Shown: piece by piece, positions 47,840 through 58,132 of the stretch
Layout of the letters: every line of letters starts with the position of its first letter
Numbering within the stretch: the first letter of the stretch is position 1
From: a virus
IMG/VR virus record: IMGVR_UViG_3300049929_000026
Location: 64,001-128,000 of that record
Reading direction: 5' to 3' (one strand)
Length of the DNA stretch: 64,000 bases
Translations under genes and position numbers: made by a program
The notes under the pieces: generated by a model
Told to the model about the DNA's origin: nothing
Seen by the model: the letters and a program-made list of their open reading frames with translations, nothing else
Databases searched by the model: none

Positions 47840-49282
47840 TCACGCAGGATCTCTCCAATCGTCCCCGTAGACGTTTGCCTCTACCCGCGGGAATAGCTCG
47901 CGACCCAGCGGGTAGAAGGCTGTGAACCGCCCATCAAACTGAAGTTCATGGTGCGAGGCGCCGGAGTTGCGCCCCTTAACGACGTTCAGGTCGGCAAGGT
48001 GGTCGGGTTGCTCGTGCTTCTCTTTGAAGGCGTCATCGCGATGGATCATCAGGATGACGTCCGCGTCGAACTCGAGCGCGCCAGACTCGCGCAGCGCCGA
48101 CATACCCGGCGGTTTCGGCCGAGTCTTCTGCTCTGGCCTGTTCAGTGACGAGAGCCCGATCATGGCGCAGTTGAACTCCCCCGCGATCTTCTTCAGCTCC
48201 TTGCTGATCAGGCCGATCTCCGTCGCCCGGTTTTTGTTAGGCACGTCCGCGCCCATGAGCTGGATATAGTCAACGCAGACCAGACCGAGCTCGGTGTCTT
48301 CGCCATGATCCTCGCGAAGTTTTGCGAGGTGGCGACGCAGCGCGCGACGCATACGGAACGGCGTGAGGTCTCGTCCCTCATCCATTATCATCGCGACATC
48401 GCTTGCAGCTTTCGCCTGCGCGACCAGCGACTCCCACTGGTTCGGTTGCATGCGTCCAATGCGGACGTTTGCGAATGGCACTTCCGCTTTGCGCGACAGC
48501 CCTCGCATCGTCAGCTGCTTATACTTCATCTCCAGCGTGAAGAAGACGACACCGACGCGGGCCCCATTCTTGGTACGCAAAACAGCGACGTTCTCGGCAG
48601 TCTGTTTTACCAGACTGGTTTTGCCGATGCCGGGATAGCCGCCGACGATCCAAAAGTCGCCGCCAGCAAGTCCGCCGACGTGGTTATCAAGTTCCTCGAA
48701 GCCAGTTGGATAGCCAGACATCGTCGCGCCTGTGCGCGCCGACTCAGCGATGTCCTTGTAGGTCTGGCGCGCGGCCTCGCCGTAGGTAGCCCAAGTGATC
48801 TCCTTGTCGCGCGCGTCACGCGCAGCGAGGGCGACGTCCTTCTCAACGCTCTCAAGCCACTCCGAAATATTGCCTACGTCACCGTAACCGTAAGCGGCCG
48901 ACCGTTGACACACAGCAATCATGACGCGCTGTTTCGCTTTCTCTTTCACGCGGATCGCGTGTTGTTCAACATGGGCTACCGCTGGGGTCGCGACTACAAT
49001 CTGTGCAAGGTACGGAGTCCCACCAACTTGGTCTAGCCGGTTGTTGTCCCGTAGCCACCCAGATACCTGGACGGAGTCGATCGTTCTCTGCGAATCCTGT
49101 AGCCCATAGATCGCTTCCAGAATTCGCCTGTTGGCGTCCGCATACATGTCCTCGGGCGCGAGGATGTCTCGCACCGTATCTATCTGTGCCGGATCAAGCA
49201 TGCATGCCGAAAGCACAGCGGCCTCAGCGTCCAAATCTGCCGGTGGAACGCGCCCTGGTTGCGGCTCTAGTTGGTCGCTCAT
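47840..49282 (-). CDS. dnaB: replicative DNA helicase DnaB
   Basis: PPADLDAEAAVL, GYPGIGKT, FTLEM, VDYIQLM, LRESGALEFDAD and KGRN. Confidence 0.95.
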   Translation of the reverse strand: MSDQLEPQPGRVPPADLDAEAAVLSACMLDPAQIDTVRDILAPEDMYADANRRILEAIYGLQDSQRTIDSVQVSGWLRDNNRLDQVGGTPYLAQIVVATPAVAHVEQHAIRVKEKAKQRVMIAVCQRSAAYGYGDVGNISEWLESVEKDVALAARDARDKEITWATYGEAARQTYKDIAESARTGATMSGYPTGFEELDNHVGGLAGGDFWIVGGYPGIGKTSLVKQTAENVAVLRTKNGARVGVVFFTLEMKYKQLTMRGLSRKAEVPFANVRIGRMQPNQWESLVAQAKAASDVAMIMDEGRDLTPFRMRRALRRHLAKLREDHGEDTELGLVCVDYIQLMGADVPNKNRATEIGLISKELKKIAGEFNCAMIGLSSLNRPEQKTRPKPPGMSALRESGALEFDADVILMIHRDDAFKEKHEQPDHLADLNVVKGRNSGASHHELQFDGRFTAFYPLGRELFPRVEANVYGDDWRDPA

Positions 49283-50076
49283 CGAGCCTCCGAGTCAGTC
49301 CAGAGGTCGATCACTTTGCCTTTGTTGTTGCCGGCCTCGACCAGGCGGCGAACGACGGCGCTACCGTAGCGGTCGATGAACTTTGGCAGCCGCATGCCGG
49401 TCGTCGCGTAAGTGACCCGTCCAGTGTCGTACCGGGCAGCGATCACCTCAGCCACGGCATCGTCCGCACCGGCGCGCTTCGATTCCCACCCGAGGTCGTC
49501 GAGCACCAGGAACTGCGCGGAGCGTGCCTCGGTGACGAGTTCGGCTTCGCCCGATCCGAACGCCGTCTCGAGAGAGGCCTTGGCGAGCTCAAACGCCCGC
49601 ACCCAGGTGCAGCTCCACTTGATCTCTCCAGTGTCCCAGAGCGCGTTCATGTCGGCCGGTCTCAGCGGGTGCATGCGACGTAGGGCAGCGATGCCGGCCA
49701 CGGACTTCCCGACGCCGGTCGGACCACACACCAGGCGTCCGCCTTCCCGGAACGGGTCGTACGTCGTTGCCTCTGGGCGCAGGGAAGGGGCCACCATGGC
49801 GGCGAGCTCGGGCACCGGACGTAGCGCCAGGGCGCTAGGACCGCCCAGGAGCGCGTCCCGCATGTACCGGTCGACCCGGCGCCCCAGATCCGCCGCGACG
49901 CCAGCAGCAGTCGCCTCGTCGAAGCGTTGCTTGAATCCGGTGACCTTGAGTTCGTCCGCCAGCCGGAGAAGGTCCCAGCCAGCAAAGCGCGCGCGGCGTG
50001 CGAACAGCCTGACGTCGTCCACGAGGCCGGCTTCGCGGCAAGCAAACTCGGTGACGGTCATCTCTCTTTGGCTCAT
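49279..50076 (-). CDS. DnaC/IstB-like AAA+ helicase loader
   Basis: GPTGVGKS, LVLDDLG and RYGSAVVRRL. Confidence 0.85.
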   Translation of the reverse strand: MSQREMTVTEFACREAGLVDDVRLFARRARFAGWDLLRLADELKVTGFKQRFDEATAAGVAADLGRRVDRYMRDALLGGPSALALRPVPELAAMVAPSLRPEATTYDPFREGGRLVCGPTGVGKSVAGIAALRRMHPLRPADMNALWDTGEIKWSCTWVRAFELAKASLETAFGSGEAELVTEARSAQFLVLDDLGWESKRAGADDAVAEVIAARYDTGRVTYATTGMRLPKFIDRYGSAVVRRLVEAGNNKGKVIDLWTDSEAR

Positions 50077-51161
50077 GAGCGCTTCTCCACGGTGGGCTTC
50101 CAGTCGCCCCCTTCGGCCTGCGGTTCACGGGACAGCCCAGCTTTGCGAGGCAGGGCAGTCAGCGCGCAGAACTTGTCGACCTGCGCTTCGTCCCGAAGGA
50201 TTGTGGTCAGCGTCTGGTAGCTCTGGTTCTCCACCATGTAGGTCGCGAACCTCGAACGGCTCACGGCGAGCACCAGCCGTTCAATCGCAACGCCAGCCGC
50301 AATCAGCTTGAGGATGACGAGAGACCTCGGGTCGCCGCTCGTCTTCGGCTTGCCGTCACGTCCCCACGTCTGTTCGAACGCCGTGAAGATGGGCTGTAGC
50401 TCGGGCCAATCCCGTGTTTCGCCGAACTTGTTGGCGAACAGCCCCGGATTGCTCAGCGTCTTCTCGGCCATCGTTCGAACGTCACGTTCGGGACGTTCCG
50501 CGCTCGCGCGTCCGAGATCCTGACAAGTCTCCGGATTATTTTGATCATTTGATCGGGATCTGGATCCGGGATCCGGGAGATCTTGAGAAGATCCTGAAAG
50601 CTCAGATCGGGCGACGTTCGGGGAACGTTCGAACGAATCGTTCGGCGACGTTCGGGGAACGTTCGGGGATTCCGTTCGAACGTCGTTCGAGGCGTTCGAG
50701 GCGTTCGGGGTCTCCGTTCGAACGGTCCGTTCGGGCTGAGCTGAACCGTTCTTCGAACGTCGCGCTTCAGCCGAAGCCTTCCCGGCGACGCGCGCAGCCT
50801 CCGTGCGTGAGCTGGTTAGGTCGGCACCGGTATTCGATTGCGCTACGGGTGCCAAGAACGGCGGGCCGTAGTCGGCGAAGTCGTGGATCATCCAGCCGCC
50901 TTCCACTTCCACCCAGATCCCCGAGTCATGCATGGGCTTGCCTGCGTCGAGGAGTTCGCGAACCAACGCGGCGGCTCCGCGGGGGGAGCGCCGAGCCATG
51001 CCCGCGAGCATGCAGGATGGGACGAATCCGGGGCGCTTCCGAAGGTTTCGATCCTCTCGCGCCCAGCACAGAGCAACGATACCCAGCCGGAAAGCGTCAC
51101 CCGAGAGGGAGCCCCATTTGGCGCTCTGCGGGAGCGCATCATCGAGCTTTGCCCAACTCAC
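50073..51161 (-). CDS. phage replication initiator protein
   Basis: MSWAKLDD...IW..VEGGWMIHDF N-terminus; low-complexity linker; upstream of loader and helicase. Confidence 0.75.
   Translation of the reverse strand: MSWAKLDDALPQSAKWGSLSGDAFRLGIVALCWAREDRNLRKRPGFVPSCMLAGMARRSPRGAAALVRELLDAGKPMHDSGIWVEVEGGWMIHDFADYGPPFLAPVAQSNTGADLTSSRTEAARVAGKASAEARRSKNGSAQPERTVRTETPNASNASNDVRTESPNVPRTSPNDSFERSPNVARSELSGSSQDLPDPGSRSRSNDQNNPETCQDLGRASAERPERDVRTMAEKTLSNPGLFANKFGETRDWPELQPIFTAFEQTWGRDGKPKTSGDPRSLVILKLIAAGVAIERLVLAVSRSRFATYMVENQSYQTLTTILRDEAQVDKFCALTALPRKAGLSREPQAEGGDWKPTVEKRS
50470..50762. repeat. CGTTCG iteron-like cluster (putative origin)
   Basis: More than ten CGTTCG units, including CGTTCGAACG palindromes, inside the initiator linker. 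Confidence 0.6.
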
Positions 51162-52701
51162 TTAGTGACTCCAGTGGTCACGTGACAACCATTGTCACAG
51201 CGTCGAAAAGTGTAGCGAAATCGACTCGTCACTGGTATTTACCTTCTGTGCCGCTGAAGACGGCGCTTGGCCGCGCGCTCGAGTCGAACCGAGCAGCGCG
51301 GCCGTTTTCATTTATCAGATCGCGTTGTCAGCTGACAACCGTTCCGATCCAAAATCGCCACGGGCGTCAATGCCGCCCCGAAATCTGCTGAAGCAGGTCA
51401 GCAACCCGGTGCCGGGCGTCGCCGTCCGGCAGCTCCATGTCGTAAATCTCGGCACCGTTCTTGCCGATTCGGATCCAGATGCTCAGCCCGGCGACCGAGA
51501 CAAAGCAAGACCGACGGTCCATCATTTCGGCGTGGAGCCAATCGTCGACCACCACCTCGTCGAAACGGCCGGCGGCGGCTGTCTCCCCGCGGTCCTCGAT
51601 GGCGAGCGTCCCTTCGGTCTGGAATCGCCACTTGGCACCCGGGTGGCGGGCGAGATCACGGGAGCGGGCTGCGCGGTCTAAGGCAGGTTTCGGGTTTGGA
51701 GAAGGCAACCGACCGGCTAGTTCGAGGCAGCGCGGGCAGGTCGGGTGGGTTCCTAGTGGTGCAACCGACAGTGGCGCAGCGCGAGGCTTTGGTCGACGGG
51801 GCGCCTGTCCGACATAAAGGTGTGTTCGGTGCTTCCCGCAGACCGTGTAGTGACCGGATGAGGTGAGGTGGGTGGTGGTTCCGGCGCGGTTCAAGTAGTC
51901 ACCTCATCGGTCCGAACGCCTTGGTAGGTTTCAATCTCCGCCGATTCGAAATATCGGCGCAGGGCATTGCACTGCACGCGCGGGCGCTCCGGGTCTTTTA
52001 CCTTTCACGCGCGGCTCGCCGGGAAGCAATGGCGGGTGCACCTCCATGTGCGCTTCGTACGTCTCTCCACAGTACAGACAGTGCCCCTCTTTCCATGTTC
52101 GCTCGTGCGTTTCGATTAGCGATGCCGCGCGCTTGGCTTCGATCACGATCCGCTTGAGGCGAGCCTTGTATTCGCCGAGCTTGGCGGGCTTGGGCTCGTC
52201 TTCAATCTGCTCGGCCTCCTCGCGAATCTGCGTGACCTTGTCGTAGAGCAAGGTCATCACCTCGGCACGTGAGAGCTGGGTGACCGAGCTCACGGCCGCT
52301 CCGACTTCGAGCGCGAAGGCACCAGCCCCGCCATCCAATTTGCCGTCGCCTCGACCGTTCCGCTCGCAAGGAGCTGCTCCCGGTACTCGCCCGGTACCAA
52401 TGCCTCGCTCTCATTGGTGAGTTCGGTAAACGCGCCTTCTGGAAAGGTATCCGGGGGCAGACGCCCCATTCGCGACAACGAATCTTCCAGATCCGATAAA
52501 GCCTCCGGGGCGTCAGCCTGGAACTGGGCTATCACCTCAGAAAGCGGTGCAAATTTGGGGAGCACGTCCTCCACCATCGCCAGTACGCCATCAATGCGAA
52601 GAGCGAGGCCTTTCACGTGGGAGTGAACGAGTTGCAGCTTGGCTTCGGCGGCCTCGGCTCGCTTCTTCCAGGCTTTTGACTCGTCGCACCCGCAAACTGG
52701 T

Positions 52702-53205
52702 TCAGTCACGGGAGCACCACTCTGGCAGTAGGTCATTGCGGATCAACTTAGCGACGCTCGTGCGCTCAGCGTTTGATACGTAGGCGTACGACGCAGAGTC
52801 GCCCAGCAGTGCGATGAACCCGAGCCCGGGCAGTGCATCCTTCACATCCTCGGCAAGCTGCCGAATCATGTATGAGTCGACGCCATCTGGAGAGAAGCGC
52901 GGCGCGCGACCTAGCCAGCCTTCAAGCAGTGCCGAGAAGGCATCCGCGAGCGCTGGCATCGTGAGCGATGTTTTGAACGCCACGTTGTCGTACGTCTGGT
53001 TGCCGAAGTCGAAAGCGACCAGTGTAAACGGGTATCGGGTTATCTTGCCCTTGTAGAGCTTACGGAAGGTGTCGGCGCATCGCTGCTCGAGCACGAGACG
53101 AACCTGCGTTTGTGTGTTTGATTCAGGTTCAGTGGTCATTTGACAACCTTCGAGCATTCGTAGCAGGTCCTGGTGTTCAGGAAGTGGCTCACGCCGCACG
53201 GACAC
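52702..53205 (-). CDS. hypothetical protein with internal duplication
   Basis: Two F.L.AF..G/YxSN-like halves. Confidence 0.45.
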   Translation of the reverse strand: MSVRREPLPEHQDLLRMLEGCQMTTEPESNTQTQVRLVLEQRCADTFRKLYKGKITRYPFTLVAFDFGNQTYDNVAFKTSLTMPALADAFSALLEGWLGRAPRFSPDGVDSYMIRQLAEDVKDALPGLGFIALLGDSASYAYVSNAERTSVAKLIRNDLLPEWCSRD

Positions 53206-53703
53206 TTCCTTTCCTGGGTAACGCTGCCCACGAAGCCGTGGGCGGTCTGGAGATAGAGCGGACGCAGGGTATCGGTGATGATTTCCGTGATCCTCGGCAA
53301 TGGGCGTCTCGCCTTGCGCACGCCTCGCTTGGCCTTGCTCGGTGGCTTGTCTTGCACCTCGAAGGCCATGTCCTTGTTCGAGTAGCGGATACCCATCACG
53401 TGACCACCTTAGGCCACAGTGCCATCAGCTCGGTAGCAAGCTTGGCCCATTCGCTTGCGGCATCAAGGTCGTTCGACGCTGCCCAGCCTTGGGGGTTCGC
53501 CCCGCTGATCATGTCGTGAAGGTCTTCGATGTGCTGCGCCGCAAAGAAGCACCCAGCGCACGAACCGATGTGCTTGTTCTGACCATATGCTTTGGTGTGG
53601 AGCTCAAGCAGCCGCTCCACCACGCGATCGAAAGCCTCCCGGGCGCCGGTGTCGTCCGCCAGTAGGGCGCGCCTCACGACTTCGATTGCCTGTCCGGTAG
53701 CGC

Positions 53704-53982
53704 TCATCGGTTGCCTTTCAGAAATGATTCTTCGCGTTCGCAGTCCGCCCTGACCACGTCGACGTTATCCAGCGCGAACGAAAGCGCATCGAGCACCTTG
53801 GCCGGCCCGAGCTGCGGATAGCGTTTGGCGAGTTTCTCGAACGAGGCGCCCGCTTGGTAGAGCGCGTAGATGCGGCGCACCGGAACGCGGGAGCCGACCA
53901 CGTACGGGCTTCCTCCAAGCACGTTGGCGTCGACCCTGACGTGCGGGTGGGGAACGAGGGCAATGGGAAGTGGTTGGTTCAT
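53704..53982 (-). CDS. DUF433 family protein
   Basis: VDANVLGGSPYVVGSRVPVRRI...YPQL...VLDALSFA. Confidence 0.85.
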   Translation of the reverse strand: MNQPLPIALVPHPHVRVDANVLGGSPYVVGSRVPVRRIYALYQAGASFEKLAKRYPQLGPAKVLDALSFALDNVDVVRADCEREESFLKGNR

Positions 53983-55047
53983 TGAAAGGCCTCCGACTGC
54001 TGACGTTGGAACGTGGCCTTTGCCACTTCGGTCATGCTCGAAAGCTTCGAGCCTAGCTTCTTCTTGAAGTCGTCCCACGGTGGCAGGTGCTTCCCGAACA
54101 AACACCACGCGAGATAGAGCAGATTTGGCAGGAGCATCGCCTCATCACGAACGACCGTGTTTAGTATCTGAAGTGCGAGGAATATCTGGAAGTTCCTCGT
54201 CCAGAGCGGGAGGCGAAAACCGAACAGGAAAACGAGGAACTCGTTAGCGACGAACATGCCGGCAACCGTTGCGACGTGGAATAGCAGGTTGCCGATGGTC
54301 GGTATACGAAGGATGTGATCGATCACTGTGTCACCATCCAGCGTGTTGCCATCGAACAGGAGCGACGGCGCGGGCGCACGTCGCGCAGCACGAACGACTC
54401 GCGCAATCGGCGAGCGAAGAACTCCGCTCGGCGCACAGCTCGAGACATGCAGGCCCAACGGGAGAAGGTATCGAGGTAGCGCTGCAACTCTTCGCCAAAC
54501 TCGCGAACCAGGCGCTGGGTCTCGGTTTCCTGCGCAATAGAGTGCGAATGGCTGAAGTTGGCGCTGGTCCAGCTGCTATCGTGGGACAGCACTCCACTTG
54601 TGCCGTAGACCGTTACACCATGGCTAGTCGTGATGGTTATCGTCCATATGGGCGATGTGGAGACGGTGGTTGTGTAGTCGGGAGTCAAGTGACCACTCCG
54701 TTGGAGACCCCCTGGAGGATCATGGTTTGGCACCCGTCATTAGCAAATAACCAGCACACACGAGCTTCGGTTCACCGTCCGCATCGAGTGCCTTGTGGCA
54801 GTAGAATTCGTCCCGCTCGGCCATGCATTTGACAGCGTTCATGAGCGTTGATGGACACTGGTTCGGTACCGTCCCTAGCCGGAACGCGCAGTCGTCGCAG
54901 CGTTTCCGCGCACCGGCGTCCGCCAGTGACTCGGCCCCGTCGCAGAGACGTGCAAGCTCGCGCCCGAGCTCCGCGCCTTCGGGGCTTGGAATGTTCCGAA
55001 TAGCCGGCGCGCCCGGTGCGGGCGGCTCGCTGTATGGCCAGGGAGCG

Positions 55048-55803
55048 CTAAGCACGACGGCGCCCCGATGATGCGTTCCGCGCGACTTCTAGTTCTCGAT
55101 CGAATTGAGAAGGGAGTAGCTCGCACTCCATTCCGTTCCAGTTGAAGTTGGTTTCTCCGCGGAGGTGCGCTTGCACAAGCTCCGGATCCGATGCGGGTCG
55201 TTTCGACCGCCAGTGGGACCGTACCCAGTTGCGTAGCGCAGTTCGCCGACTCCTGCCCTCCGGCAAGTCTCGGAGCTTGAATGCTTCCCGCGCCCCAACG
55301 GGGTCGGTGGGAATGGTCGCTGATAATTGTCCCGGCGCCGCTCTGAATCGAACCCTCCACTCATATCGATCCGCCAGCATATTTGCGATCAAATCGATCA
55401 TCAGAGGCTCCTCGCTGCGCCCCCTGGCGCGAGTGAGCTCATGCCCATCAAGCATGCTGAAGACGCTTCGTCCTCTGGCGACAGCCGGCGAGTGAATGGC
55501 TTCCACAATCTTGCCGCGCACGACATCTGCGACTGCAACCTCGAGAGTCCTGCCGGGGTAGAATCGCTTCGCCCCCAGCGCGCGGGCTTGCGCTTTGCTT
55601 ATCTCACGGATCAACGTCAGCTCATTCGAGCTAGAGTTAAATTGGCGATAGCAGATTCGGTGCGCCCAGTCCTGTTCGGACGCATCGTAGTGCAGCGGCA
55701 TCGTGCTGCCCGGCATCTGGACGATCGCGCCGTCCCAAAGCGTCGAGCGGGGAAGGCTCAGAATAGAATCTATTCGCTCGACCTGATCATCAATGTCGCT
55801 CAT
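55048..55803 (-). CDS. hypothetical phage protein
   Basis: FKLRDLPEGRSRRTALRNWVRSHWR...HLRG. Confidence 0.55.
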   Translation of the reverse strand: MSDIDDQVERIDSILSLPRSTLWDGAIVQMPGSTMPLHYDASEQDWAHRICYRQFNSSSNELTLIREISKAQARALGAKRFYPGRTLEVAVADVVRGKIVEAIHSPAVARGRSVFSMLDGHELTRARGRSEEPLMIDLIANMLADRYEWRVRFRAAPGQLSATIPTDPVGAREAFKLRDLPEGRSRRTALRNWVRSHWRSKRPASDPELVQAHLRGETNFNWNGMECELLPSQFDRELEVARNASSGRRRA

Positions 55804-56471
55804 TGTTGTTCCTCACAATTGCTCACCATGAGCTCGTAACAAGCGCCGCCCCATGCGTGCCCGCAAGGGAGTGTTTCGGCGAAGACCGCAAGCTGCTCAC
55901 GGCTGAACTTGGCCTTACAGAATTCACAGAAGCTCCCGCCGATGATCTTCTGTGGAGGCAAGGCGCGCGGCGCCGGCGGGGCCGGGTCGTGCTTGTGGGC
56001 CTCGTGCCACTCGTAGGCAGCGCGATTGCCCCGGAGCGTTATTTGCGTCTTCACGCCCGAAGCGCGACCAACCTCGGAAGCTAGCCACCCGGCGCAATAT
56101 CGGAGCAAGCCATCGTCTTCGTTGCGAATCAGTTCATGGACCGAGATCGTGCGAACCAGGCGCTGCATAGCGCCCATGGCTGACCACTCGAACCAGCAAA
56201 CGACCTCGTCGCGGTCGAAACCCTTCCAGTCGAGTCCGAGCCAAAGTTCCGGCGGGCCGCCATCAATCACGAGTTTGGCGCGCAGGAACGCGAGCGGCTC
56301 GTGACTGCGGAAGCGCTGCCAGTCCGCCATCCCGTGATGGGCCGCGAGCATCTCCATGGCGAGGTATTCGAGTGACCGCCGCCGCTTGCGCTCGAATTCG
56401 GCGTCTTCTGTTTGCCGCTTTTCGAGAGGGGTCATCGGAAACGCTCCGCTGCAGAAGCTGCACTTCGCCAC
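55800..56471 (-). CDS. hypothetical protein with terminal Cys motifs
   Basis: CSFC at the N-terminus; CEFC/PCGH at the C-terminus. Confidence 0.45.
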   Translation of the reverse strand: MAKCSFCSGAFPMTPLEKRQTEDAEFERKRRRSLEYLAMEMLAAHHGMADWQRFRSHEPLAFLRAKLVIDGGPPELWLGLDWKGFDRDEVVCWFEWSAMGAMQRLVRTISVHELIRNEDDGLLRYCAGWLASEVGRASGVKTQITLRGNRAAYEWHEAHKHDPAPPAPRALPPQKIIGGSFCEFCKAKFSREQLAVFAETLPCGHAWGGACYELMVSNCEEQQ

Positions 56472-56782
56472 GCAGCCAGCCCGCGATCGGTCAGGCGGTA
56501 CAGTCGCCGTTGGACGCCGATGTAGCTCGGTGTGACTGGCTCCGAGCGGCTCGCTACCAACCCCTCTTCCTCCATCCGACCAAGCGTGACGTACACCGCT
56601 CCGCGCTTCAGCCGACCGCCGGATCTGCGGACTAAATCAAGCCCATACGACTCATGGCTGCTTGCCAGCAGCTCCAGCACCACGGAAGTTTGCAGCCGAT
56701 ACGCCACTCGCTCGCAATACACGAATACGCCGACCACGAAGCCGACGAGCACAAGACCGGCTACTGCGCCGATGAAACTCAT
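56432..56782 (-). CDS. PadR-family winged-helix regulator
   Basis: ESYGLDL...GAVYVTLGRMEEEGLV...RRLYRLTDRG. Confidence 0.85.
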   Translation of the reverse strand: MSFIGAVAGLVLVGFVVGVFVYCERVAYRLQTSVVLELLASSHESYGLDLVRRSGGRLKRGAVYVTLGRMEEEGLVASRSEPVTPSYIGVQRRLYRLTDRGLAAWRSAASAAERFR

Positions 56783-57156
56783 TTGCGCACCATCTTCGAG
56801 ATGATTTTAACCGGTATGCCCTGCTTTACGGCTTGGATGATCATGTCGAGAGTCCCTCTACTGACGCCATCCCAAAATGCGAGGCATAGATCGGCGCCAG
56901 CTTTGGCCATCTCTGCATTGCGAATAGGGCCGGCCGCTTTGCCGTTTTTTAGCCAGTCAGCTGGGTGTGCCTCGACGGTCACGTCATCAAGAAGGTTGAG
57001 AGCCCAGACGCGGGCAATCTCATCGGCGCCGGTCGGGCACGCGCCGTGAACCAGCGTGAATTTATCCTCGCGGTCGAACACTTCATCGAGCTCTCGGTCG
57101 ACGGCAAATTCGTCTGTCCAATCCCTGCAACCGGTGACGATAACTCGGGAGGTCAC
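56779..57156 (-). CDS. SLOG/YspA-like (DUF2493) protein
   Basis: VIVTGCRDW, VHGACPTGAD, AGPIRNAEM, AFWDG.SRGT. Confidence 0.85.
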   Translation of the reverse strand: MTSRVIVTGCRDWTDEFAVDRELDEVFDREDKFTLVHGACPTGADEIARVWALNLLDDVTVEAHPADWLKNGKAAGPIRNAEMAKAGADLCLAFWDGVSRGTLDMIIQAVKQGIPVKIISKMVRK

Positions 57157-57619
57157 TTGACCCGTCCAATCAGCCCATTCGCCCTGGCTCGAGAGAGGCG
57201 GTTACGGGTGCGGCGGTCACCGGTGGCCTCGTCGGAGGCAAGCGTATCGCGCCACCGTAGCCATCGGGCCAGTCGCTTACGCAGCACGGCGAAGCCGACC
57301 CCACCATGGTAGCGGCAAAGGCCCTCGTCTTCCGGTCCGCACAACGGTATCGCATCGCACAACGAGCAGCCGGACGGGAATCCTTTAGCGTCCAAGCCCG
57401 TTGCGAGATCGTTGCGCTTCACGAAGATCAAGCGCATTGCCGCCATGCGGTACGCCACGGGAGCGCTGTTCACATGGCGGACGACGGCCTTGCGAACTGG
57501 CTCGCTTTCAAATGGCTCATCCTCGGATCCATATCCTGAGCTGATGCCGTCGTACTCCCACTCAAGCCGATATTGAACGCGCACAACGCGCCGAATAGCT
57601 CCCAATTTGCCGAGAACGG

Positions 57620-58132
57620 TCATTGGTATCCTCCCCACGTCTTGAGCGTGGCCGTCTTCGGTAGGTACAACGGATGTCCAGGGTGCCCGCCCTGTGTTTG
57701 CTTCAGGCAAAACAACCGGTCATTCTGAAAGAGCGTCTGCACATCGCGAGCGCGATCCCGTGCCATCGGATGCGAGCCCCATGCGCAGACGATCGGGCAA
57801 GCTGGGAGTGTAATCAGCGCCGAATCGTTGTCGGCCCCCACCGGGTTTGAGAACTTGCAGAGCAACTTGGAGTCCGTCTCGCGGACGGCGAACAAGTTGA
57901 CGACAATCAGATCGGTGTGGCCCCAGTCCTGGGCGAATCCGATACAGCGGCGTACGGTCGGGTCATTCACGAATGCACTGGCGGTGCTTGGGTTGAGCAT
58001 GCAAAACACGATTGGGTTCACGGGTGGGCTCTCGACGCTCCCGGCGAAACAGCGGCGCAGCTTGTACCGGTACCGCCGGTCATCGCTGAAGTCGGCGCGG
58101 CTGGTGCGCGTCAGGTCGTACTCGGTGATCAT
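57620..58132 (-). CDS. DUF1643 family protein
   Basis: YRYKL, MLNPSTA, DPTVRRC, NLFA, AWG and HPLY. Confidence 0.85.
   Translation of the reverse strand: MITEYDLTRTSRADFSDDRRYRYKLRRCFAGSVESPPVNPIVFCMLNPSTASAFVNDPTVRRCIGFAQDWGHTDLIVVNLFAVRETDSKLLCKFSNPVGADNDSALITLPACPIVCAWGSHPMARDRARDVQTLFQNDRLFCLKQTQGGHPGHPLYLPKTATLKTWGGYQ

Larger units (their letters stand above)
8795..57164. promoter_or_regulatory. dispersed 16-bp palindrome GYKGTCA-NN-TGACMRC (about 19 copies)
   Basis: Copies start at 8795, 15153, 17735, 18986, 21708, 23391, 23987, 28099, 35135, 36516, 43883, 46281, 47588, 51174, 51324 and 53132; weaker copies at 53392, 54681 and 57149. Confidence 0.75.

Noticed and set aside
50600-50762. 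Repeat cluster considered as a CRISPR array
   Set aside because: Units are 6-12 nt, irregularly spaced and inside a coding region; iteron-like instead.
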